DNA of 63,866 bases, filler included. It is 8 parts of 8 records of this genome, joined end to end, with 100 filler letters (N's around TTAATTAATTAA, not from the genome) between each part and the next. Parts side by side here need not be neighbours in the genome. Positions count along the whole stretch, not along the records: positions 44,420 to 51,016 come from SRR2962707_4839; positions 51,117 to 58,422 come from SRR2962707_4841; 6 more parts are not named here. One strand, written 5' to 3'. Below the pieces are notes generated by a model. The model saw only the letters and a list, made by a program, of their open reading frames with translations. It was not told the DNA's origin and searched no databases. How positions within the stretch are numbered: the stretch's first letter is position 1; every line of letters starts with the position of its first letter. Position numbers and translations under genes: made by a program. This document shows positions 44,614 to 55,200 of the stretch, in pieces.

Positions 44614-46468
44614 ATGGCTGGTACCCAGTGGCGCACTGTTGCCAAGCTTTCCGCGGCTACAGCCGCAGCTTCTGCGACCATCGCAACAACTTGGTGGCAG
44701 ACCCGCACTTGCTGCGAGGCTGACAAAGCTACGGGCACAGACCCAGTTGCAACACTGACGTCATCAACTGCGAAACCCTCAGTGAAAAGGGTTGCTGCCA
44801 GCAGTCAAATACCTACACAGTCAATGACTGGAAATCGTGTTGTGGTGGTTGGAGGTGGAATCATTGGCGCGGCCATCGCTGCAGAAATTGCGGGGCGAAA
44901 GTGCTCCTCCGTTGTTCAAATCGATGCCACGCACCCGGTGCGATCGTCCTGGGGCGATACCCGCGGCTTGCAGTACGGCTATGAAGGGGTCTACGCACAG
45001 ATGGTCTCACGTGCTCACCACTTATGGCTTCGAATGAACCCAGAAAAAACCACCGCAGACAGCGGAGGGCCCGGCAGCAGCAGGTTGGATGAACTGGCTG
45101 CAACCTGTCCCGTTTCGTGCTGCAGTCTAGTAAGCGTGATTGCCATGTTCTTCCATCTCCTTTTTTCTCACTGCGTTGCTCGTTTGCATTTTCAATGATG
45201 ACGTCTCTCGTTCGGGCCGTGTAGCATTTTTACAAGCGCGCAGCATCTTGCAATAGGCCGCACAGCGGACGTTGAGCGCCAAATTGAGCTTTACCATGCG
45301 GCGGGACGCAAAGCCCGCACAGAGGTCCTGTCGCGAGAAGATGTGCTATCGAAATTTCCAATGGTACATGTTCCCACCGGACAAATGGCAGTGCTGGATA
45401 CAGATTGTTTGGTATTCGATGTGCCTGCCTGCTTGGCGCATTTGCACGATGTGGCTGAAGCACATGGCGCAGTCCTTCGGCATGGCGAGACTGTTGTCAG
45501 CATTGATCGAGAGCGTCGCGAGGTACACACCGATGAAGGCAATACCTTTGCATATGACGAATTAGTGCTCGCGACTGGGCCGTGGACCAACCAATGCCTT
45601 TCTATGGCTGGCATACCCCCCCTCCCACTATTCGTATCCATGGAGCAGCTTATTTATTTTGGACTCGACGACTCAGTCAGTGTTGCACGGCATTCCAACG
45701 GCTCAATGCCAATTGTTAGCGGGTTGTGGCGAGGAAAAGATTCTGACTGTCCGTCGTTTTGCTACGTCTTTCCTGCTTTTCACGGTGGGGCTGGCGAGGC
45801 TGTAGTGAAAGTTGCCACTCACATGCAAGGCGAGTTTATGCATACTCATGACTTTCAAATTGCAGCCAACTTTTGTTCGTTGGCTGCATCATTTCCGAGT
45901 GGGGTATTTCACCGCCGAAATTCAGCCCTGTTCATGCAGCCAAAAGACGACGAGCTCGATGTGTACCAAGTACGCCGTGTGTATTGGCGAGTTGCGTGAT
46001 TGTGTGAATATGTCGTGCTTGAGAGCAACCGTGAGCAGCGTTGGCGCTTACAGACGACGACCGCCAATGTTTGTCTTTTTACGTCTGTGCTTCAATTATG
46101 CGCAGGCCCAAATTGTGGACGGCTTCGTCGCCGCGGTCCTTCCTGAGCTACGAGAACAACAACGTGCTGGGTCCACAAAGTCCCCGACAGCGAACAACGC
46201 GAAATTTGTGTGCCGGTGTTTGTACACATCAACTCCAGACCTTCACTTTATTGTGGGGCCGCACCCAGAAGATCCAGACGTGTTTGTAGCGACTGGGTTC
46301 CACGGCGAGGGTTTTAAATTCGCCCCGGTCATTGCTGAATGTATTGCCGATGCAGTGGCGGCGCGAGTCCAACGGGTTTTTTCTTCGGAAGACACTCGAA
46401 CTCAACTTTTGTCGGACCTCATGCTCCAAGTTTTTGATCCCGGCCGTTTTTCAGAATCCCAGCCCTAG
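44614..46468 (+). CDS. Monomeric sarcosine oxidase/PIPOX-like FAD oxidoreductase, 3 exons
   Basis: VVVGGGIIG, SSWGDTR, LATGPW, CLYTSTPD (flavinylation Cys motif), GFHGEGFKFAP; introns about 45084-45224 and 45970-46106. Confidence 0.85.
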
Positions 46469-46888
46469 TTGAGGCTCGCTTTTTTACTATGTAATGTGCT
46501 AATCTTAATTCACAACAAATACACGAAGAGCGAACTTTATTTGTGAGATCGAACTTATGCGCACTGGGGCTGTTCGTTGCGGCACACCACGTCTCTCAGA
46601 ATACCACGTCGCGGAGCTTCGCATGCACTGTGCACTGCACTCACCACTCATTTAACATGTAAACCCTCTTGCTTCCGCGGACACGAGTGGGCCGTGCAAA
46701 TTCAGCACCCAACAACGAAACATGATATTGCCTTTTGTGGTGGCTGATAATAATGTTAGGCCTTGTCGTTTCTAGTAAATCATTAAATTCGATTTTCCAA
46801 GTCATTGCGCACCCGCTGTTGTCACACAGTGCATTGCATTGTCGTTCAGGGCTCCCTTGTCAATCCGAACTTCCGTCGCGTACAACAC

Positions 46889-49800
46889 TTACTTGCAAGC
46901 TGCATAGTACGGAGCATACTTTTGCAGCATCTGCTTTGAAACCTCAACAGCATCCCCGGCAACTGTGGAGGGGTACCTGGACGCAAAAACAACCAAATAC
47001 GCATCCGCTGCCTAAAGCCCACCACCCCAAATGCTCACGGACACTGCAGCAATACCCATCAGCACGCAATTGCAAGCGGACTTGTTTTCCGAGTTGGTCC
47101 AGTTGTATGCGTGCTGCGCAAAAGCAAGATCCACCGCCGCTTGGTCCAGTTTCTGGCCCTTAGATGCATCCAGAGTCGCTTGCTGGAGCAGCAATTGAGC
47201 TCGAACAGCATAGTAATCGCGAATTAGTCCGCTCCAGTGTTTTCCAGCGTAGTCGATTGGCCCACCCGGAATTTTGATGTCATCTTTGGTGGTGGGATTC
47301 CAAGTTGTTAGCTGAACGCGTGCGTTCCACTCGTAAAATGCCGGGCAGTCTTTATCGCCGCAGTCGTCATCCCCTGGCGCAGCAAGGCTTCGCGCCATGG
47401 CAATCCACGGCCCCAGCATGAACGCTGTGTCAGTAGCAACCAACTCATCGATATCGCGCAACAGCTCAATGTAAAGCGTTCCCGTGGCATTGACGGTGGA
47501 TGCATCAATGGTTCCTAGATCACATTTCGTGGATTCAACGTTGTTGGTTTCGAGAAGAACAAAACGAAGAGGCGGTTGGCAATAATATACCCGCACAACT
47601 CAAGACGCCCTATGAACATTCAAAAATGTCCACATGTCTCCACGTCGATCATCGTTGCACCCCACGCACCAGCACCTGTCGCATCGGTGAAGTTCAAAAC
47701 CATGGGAACGGTGAGCTGTGCCAGCAGTTCGCGTCCAAGATTCACCAAGTCGTAGCGAAAGGGTTCGTGGAGCGCTGAGCTTTCGAGGCCATTCGCGCGA
47801 GCGACAGTCGGCGCTGCGCTCACAAGCAGTTCCCACGCGTCGAAAATTTGACACAAAGTGGGCGTTGGAGTGATGCGATCCGCCTCGAACTGCGTCGTTC
47901 CTCGCAGGTGGGGAACAGCTGTGTTGTCCTGAACACTCAAATCTTGGTTGTACCCACTTTCGACAAGCAGAGCCCACGATTGAGCAACAGCATCGTCGTA
48001 CCTGCGCGCATGGGTACCACGGCGTCACGAAGGGGTGACACAAAACAAAACCCGCGGCACTATCGACAAAGCAAACCGAGCTGTTGGGCTTACTCCACAA
48101 GTCCATATCGACGAAACGACCGACCAATGACATGCGCTGTGATATTGGGCTCCGGGGCCGTTCGCCAGTTCATTCCGAGCATAAACTCGTAGTACACGGG
48201 ATTTTGATCGATCCCTTCCGGTGTGAAGCCAGTACCCCAAACATTTGTATCCACGCCTCCGGCGGATTTCTGGAGCAAGTGAAGGCACAGTGTGGGCCAC
48301 AACGTTGCTCAGCAAGACCCCTTCCAGGCGCGGCGAGGACATGACGCACGCCGAACCAGCAAAAAGCACATTCAGACAAACCTGGGCAGCAAACGGAATG
48401 TCATTAATGTGCGTCAAACGGCCTTTGATTGCATCTGTTCCTCCAAAGTCGTGCAACGTTGTCCAGATGAAATGGGCATCAAAAAAGGCGGCGTTGTCCC
48501 ACTTTTTCCACTCGCCATCTCCATCCGTCGACATGTCGATGACCACAAACTTTCCAGGCGGGGCAGCATCCACAAAACCCTTGATAAAACTGCCTTGCTG
48601 TCGGGAAGTCCATCCAATGAAAGCCCATCCCTACAATCAACAAAGGGCATGCAAGAACGCACAATATTTACCACATTTATTGAAAAGCCAATGTCAACTC
48701 GCAACGTCGCGTTCACTGCAAGCTCGCGTGCCTGGAACGACCAAATGGCATCCGGGTCCGTTCTGTTCAGGCCAGTGTATGCCGCCACGCCCCGGCGGTG
48801 CGACATGAAGTCCGGCTCGATTGGCACTGGTGGATGGCATTCTACGACGTTCACAATGAGCCAGGATGCCTCGCCAATCGGTGACGGAGCAACCGAGTTC
48901 CCTGCTCGTGTTTCGTAGCCCTCCGAAGGCCCTCCCTACGCAATCAAGCATACCCAGCGCCATGATGAGTGGGTGATGCGCGTTCCCGTCGAAAAAGCCT
49001 TCTTCAGAAGAAGCATGCAAACTTTCCCGATCGAATAAAGATGGCACACGAAACATCGACCGTGCTACGACAGTTGCGACCGGAAGGCGCAGACACGTAC
49101 CTGTGAAGTCAGTGTAATGCCCCCACACGACATATCGGCGCTGCACGCTGTTTGCGCTTCTAAGAGGCTGGTGTAATGCTTGCAATGATCGGCCGCACAA
49201 CCCGCAATGTAGCCGTCGGTCTTTGCCCCGTATTCGCACGCAGGAGCTGTTGCGGAAATTTCGTCTTTCCACGACACGCCTGGGTCCGTTGCATCCCATG
49301 GTGCTGTACCGCCGTTGAAGTAGCCATCGAGCTGGTACCTGGAGTTCATAACCGCGAGCAGGACTGTCAAGCAAAGACCTTGCCAACCGAAACACGAACT
49401 TGCCAGCACCAGACGACGGAAAGTGGCCAATCGCTTTGCACTCTCGGGCAAACAAGTCGCGCAACGCACCAGTGATCGGTGCCAAAGTCAGCGATGAGCG
49501 TCTGCATCCACAAATCTGCGATTTTTCCGTAAAGGGGATCCAACGAGTCCATCCAACCGGTGTCGCCTTGTTGGGTGATGTTGGCATCGGAATAAACTTC
49601 TTTGAGTGCGATTGGCACATTCCCCTGGAAGGCAGGAAGCTGCCCAATAATGCCAAGCTCCCGGTACCGGGATAGAATTTGTCGCTGGAGATTCCATTGA
49701 GCTTGCATGAAAGAGCGTGGCAATGGGCCGGCAATATTGTTTCCGTACTCGTTCTGGCCGCGGCTCCACGTCAAGAACGCCGGGCCATTGAACCAAGTCC

Positions 49801-50560
49801 GAATCGTGGTGTCATTGAGCCCGAGCTTTTGGAACACCTTGTATTGCACCTCTTCCTGGCCCGTCATGGCAAGCACCAAGTTGAGCCCAGAGAGGGCCAT
49901 CCAGTCAATGAAGGTCTCCCAGTGGGCCCAGTCGTACCACACCAACGAGTAGCTGTGCGTGCAGACGTTCATCATGTAACTGAACGGGGTGTTTCGCGAG
50001 CGGGTAATTGGCGTGGGGCCGACAGCTGGCCAAGTTTCGGGCACGGCCACGTTCGACCCGCCGCCGCGCTCCCAGCCGATGGTCATGTTGCACACCTCGC
50101 GAAGGTACACTCCGAGCCCGGCAGAAAGCTCGTTCACTCCCGACGCAGTCACCGCGATGGACGCTCCCGCTTTCCCTGAGCTTCGCGAGCGCGTGGAAAG
50201 CGAGCCGCTGGCGTCGCGCACCGAAAAACACTTCACCTCGTCGCTGTTGCTGTTGCCGCCTTCGTCCTTTGCTTGCTTTTTCGCAGCGCTGCCTACGCTG
50301 CTGCCTACATTGCTGCTGCCTCTGCTGCTGCTGCTGCAAGGGCCGATTTTCAGATCAAACGCGGGAGAGCTACCTGGGAGCAAACGCTCGAGAAGTTCGT
50401 ACACGGGAGCTTCAGGAGCATCTCTGCTGCTGCTCCTGTGGCGAGCTGCGGCAGCAGTGGGGCTGACAGCGCTCACGGCTGAAGTGAAACGACACAACAA
50501 CGCCAAGGCGGACAGCAGCTGCAGCAGCAGAAGGCAGCACGCCGCACGCGAGGCCACCAT
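46889..50560 (-). CDS. GH89 alpha-N-acetylglucosaminidase (NAGLU-like), secreted, 8 exons
   Basis: Signal peptide; NVCTHSYS, IDWMALSGLN, GPAFLTWSR, LPAFQG, W.FQGW, LHDFGG, TPEGIDQNPVYYE, YEWNARVQLTTW, DYAGKHWSGLIRDYY; one GC-AG intron. Confidence 0.92.
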
Positions 50561-51016
50561 AATAGTTGAGCGAGAAAAGCAAACGCCACCAGAAAGAACC
50601 AAACGGCAATCAAACAAAGCAACCCTCACGAACTCACGGCAACCCACACGCCACTCACTCTGAAAGCACAACCGCTTCAAACAACAGCTTTTCTTTTCTT
50701 TTCTTTATTTTTTTTTGCGCGTTTCTGTTGCCTATACATTCGTTTCTGCTTCGCTCTCTCTCACGCGCTCACGACGACTCACACTCACATGCACACATGC
50801 CCTCACCAACTCACCAACTCACGAAATCACTCACGTGAACTTTCAGAAAGTCCATTTTAGAAAACCGGTGAAAAACAGTGAGAAATGTTGCTAACATACA
50901 CACACACACACAGTCAAATAAAAAGCCAAAAAGCCAAAACCTGCACGCCACAGCGAAGAGGAATGGCGCCAATTCCTGCCCTGGAATGGAAAGGGTCACC
51001 CCGACCTCCACTCGCG

Positions 51017-51116
51017 NNNNNNNNNNNNNNNNNNNNNNNNNNNNNNNNNNNNNNNNNNNNTTAATTAATTAANNNNNNNNNNNNNNNNNNNNNNNNNNNN
51101 NNNNNNNNNNNNNNNN
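51017..51116. other. Artificial contig linker
   Basis: N-run + TTAATTAATTAA + N-run. Confidence 0.99.
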
Positions 51117-51145
51117 AAGTGTGAGTGTGAATTGTGTGAGTGAGT

Positions 51146-52016
51146 ATGCCCGCTGCCCCTCCGCAAACGCGATCGAGAAGCTGAGCGTGATTCTGTGTTT
51201 GCAAGTTCAAGTGTTTCACGAATCGCATTGTGTGCTGCGTAACCTCCAAAGGCTACACTTAAACCTTCGATCCAGCTTGTTCTGGATAAAAGCCTCGTCC
51301 GCGTGGCTAGTACTTCTTTCTTACACCGCATTTATGGTCCTACTCGCGTACAACTGGACTGTGTACCTATCCGCATACTTGCAGGGAGTGTAAGTTCTGA
51401 ACTGTTCATTGGGGTTCTTGCCAAGACGTGATGTCGGCGCTCACCCTCTAGAAATCGGTGGCCACAGCGCAGCCCTGTTTTTGAACCTACAAATTCTGAC
51501 GTAGCTGTGTTGCGCTGCAGGTGGTTGCAGGGCGTCTTGCTTTGCTGGGTCGCGCAGATCATATTGCTCCCGATCCTGCGCACTGCAAGTCTCTTTCTTT
51601 GTTCAGGCTTCGTCCCAGCTTTCCTGTGCACTGTGGCTTGCTGTGCCGCCAGTGTGGCGTTTGTGGCGTGCCCACCTTCTTTAGCCTTGATTTTGCCGTA
51701 TTTTGGCCTGGTACGTGTGGGAACTTTCAAATGCGTGAATGACAGCGTACGTCTCGGCACTTCAGCACACGTCTCGACCATTTGCTTACTTGCATGTTAC
51801 ATTGGTTCGTGCGTTTATGGATGGCAGGGTATGATGGATTGGGAGCCGATATGTACAGATTTGCCTTTGCAATTGTGGGACTTCCAAACATACCCAGCCA
51901 TGGAAGTCCATGGCATTCACAGCAACGCCACAGACAAGGCTGCCCCTTTGCTGTTGGATGAAATTTTCGGGTGGCATCTCTCGTCGTGGCCCGTGCTGGG
52001 TACCGACGCGCCTTGA
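51146..52016 (+). CDS. Hypothetical multi-pass membrane protein, probably one intron near 51388-51520; start uncertain
   Basis: Two open hydrophobic frames (51121-51393, 51507-52016) followed by an AT-rich 3' region. Confidence 0.45.
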
Positions 52017-52272
52017 TGCGTTTAACTCAACAATCGTGATGGTCGTCACTTTTTAAAACAGCACATTATTTATTCTATAGTTGCAAGGTTCAAGTTGTTA
52101 TTAAAAATGTAAAGATAGAGCCTGGTCCGCAGAATCATGAAAGCACCCACAGTTCAACCACACACAGCGTGTGCTTCCATCAACCAAGACGCATGACATG
52201 AAGCTTTGAAAAAGCGCTCATGAAACACCTCTGCCCAGAGGAAAACCAGGCTTCGCGTCGTGAAACGTCATG

Positions 52273-55200
52273 TCACTTTTTCTTGCCAGAACCCCAACTA
52301 AACGGATTGAAAAGCGAGAACTTCTTTTTCTTTTTCTCACCTGGCGCAACAGAACAACAAAAAATACGGATCAAACTCTCAGAAACACGAGAATGTCGTT
52401 TGCCCAGATCTCCGACCGCAACCACGCCACTGAGCCATGGACAAATAATTTGACACACAAACCTTCAACTCCAATTGCAGCATCGCTGTCGCCTTGCCGA
52501 CGCCCGGGGGCTGCCTCGGCACTTGCCGAGACCGCGTTCCCACCGCCACCAATAATTGTCCTACCTTTTCCGATAGCTTGTCCACCCCGAGACCTAGGAG
52601 GCGACGCCGTTTTCGGCCGCCCAATGACAGTTGTTTTTTTCTTTATCGGTGTGGCTGTCCTTGGCCGGCCGATCACCTTGGAGCGACTCCCACCGCCACC
52701 AGCCGTTGGTGTCGTTGGAGCCGAAGTTTGAACATCATCGTCGTCTTCCTCCTTTCGGTCCCCTGCGTCAGACCCGACTCCCAAACGTCCGGTTTTGCGA
52801 AGCTTGTTGCCCCTTAAAGTCGGTCCGACAGGCAGCCAGCAAAAATAAAACGGTGGGAACCAACCAATGCAGCGAAAAGTCTTTCATGAGGCACAGGCAC
52901 ATACAACAGCATCTGTCGTACCAGGTTGGAGGAGCAGCTTGGTCATTATTTGGAGAAAAATGATTCTTCTCGAGGTCCCCAATGCCGCCGCTGCCAACAA
53001 GAGGTCGTCAAATCAGCAAGTCACTAACAATCTGCACAGCATTGGCACGGAAACGACCTTGTGGCTGCAAGAAACGCTGATTCGCTAAAAAAACATGAAT
53101 GCTTATACAGACCCGCGTGTTTTCTTCAATTGAAATTTAATGGTGCCACCTTGCTCTGCCCCGTCAGATCCTCTGGGGCCTGGCTGTGTGCCCGTGCGAC
53201 GTAGCATACTACGACCAAACGCTGGGGCATCAACACTGCTTGAATCCGGGCCTGGTCGTTTCTTTGACTTTCGCAGCATGTCGCGTCCAAACGGTACGCT
53301 TGCACTCTCACCGTCTTCTTCCACGCTACCATCCCGACGGCCAGTCTTCCGCAGCATGCCGGGACCAAAAGCTGGCTCGCTGAAGATAGTGAAATTTGTA
53401 CGGTGCAACACGCCAGTGAAGAACCGATTGACCCAATAAGTGCAGACGAACAGCAGCACTTTCTACGGCCAAACGTGGCTCATTTCACACACTGCAGGCA
53501 TTACAAGTACGAACCCAGCGTTCTTTGCGCCACCGGCTCCATTCGCGCCAGACTTTCGCAAGACTACTTGTCCAAACGCAGGTTTGCTACCAGTACTTCC
53601 AACCTACAATTAAAAAGTATTCAGACACCTGAATGCGCGTCCACAGAAACTTTCCCAAGGTACTGCACCCAGGCACAGCACGAGTCCACGCGTGCACGCA
53701 TACGCGCACCTTATCGCTGGGTCTGCGACGAACACCCTTACGTAGAACGCCAGGGCCGATTGGTCCATCGCCACCGCCAGCCTTCAACTTCGCCTGAAGA
53801 GAAAAGTGACCAGACATGTAAAGACCCCGTCATCTTGTTTTGGCAGCTCAACATCAAAAGCACACACCTTCATTGCCTCAAGATGCTTCGGGTCGATTTT
53901 GCGCGAGGCCCGGGCAGCCTATGCAAAGCCGAAACGATGCAAAGCAAGCAGATTAATAACACTAGAACTGCTAACACCATTTGGAGCGCAGATAGAGGGC
54001 CTTAAGACAAACCGCTGCCGCCGCCTTTTTTTTCTCAGCTTCTGCTTTCTGCCGTTCCATCTCCATTTCAGTTCGAACCACGCTCACATCGGTGCAAAAG
54101 TCATTAACAAATCCGAATAGCTGCAAGGGACCCCAGGCACAAATAGTTCATTGAATCAAAACAACATGCTTTGCACCAGGCACTGAACACACAGTGGAAC
54201 ACAGTGGAACACGAAGTGTGGTGCTTACCTGCATGTTGTCAGGCGGAGTCTTTTTGTGTTCACCGAACATTTGCAATAGACTTTTGAAGTCGTTGTCGAC
54301 GGTCTCAATTAACTTGCTGACACGGGCAATGGCCTGAACGCACCAACAACGCTCAAACGCTCAAAATAGCGCCAGTGTACGCCCAAGGCAGCCATCAAAC
54401 GAACAAGAACAGTCCACGAACCCCACTCTGCTGTTTCAGAAAAGGCTGCATCACAGCTTTAAACCGGTCTCCAGGAATTCGTTGTTCCTCCGCGCATTCC
54501 TGCAACGCATTTCACAACGGACAGCCGAACGATTTGTGAAATTGTGCAGCATGCGCAAAATATGCTATCGAAAGGAAACGCGCAGCAATGTACCGTCTCC
54601 AGCAGCTTCAAACCTTTCCGCATAGTCTTGCAGTCCATGAAGCACTGATCAAGACTGATCGTGCGTGCCTGCATGAATACGAACAAAACAACCATAAGCA
54701 GCGATGCTACATAGATTGGTGTTGACGAAATGCCTTTTAGGCGAAGATGCGACACGACGCGGCCAGGTGTTATTGAACCTACCTCGGCGAGTGAGGGAAC
54801 CTCTTTCGCAAAATCATCCGGAAACGACCCCCCATGCTTGCGCATGAGTTCTTCCACAATGTACCTGCACCGAGAGCACAGCGCCGTTATCAGGTTTAAC
54901 GATGTTCGCAGCCCCGGAAGCAGAGAAAGCGGACAATGGGCAGGAGTGTGGTTCGAAAACTTGACAAGGCGGACCTAAGAAGGTTTGTGGAGCGATCGGT
55001 GGACCGATGGCCATGAATAGTAGGTAGAGCTTTCAACTTGAAGCCAGCAGCATTGGCCTGAAGGTCAGCAAGAAAGTGTGGCAAAAAAAGCAGTGACGAA
55101 CGCGGTGACAGCGACAAGTCGTAGTCAATTATCAACGATAGTGTCAATAACAGGATTGCTTAGCAGTCTGAACGACAGCGCGAGACCCAAAAAACATACC

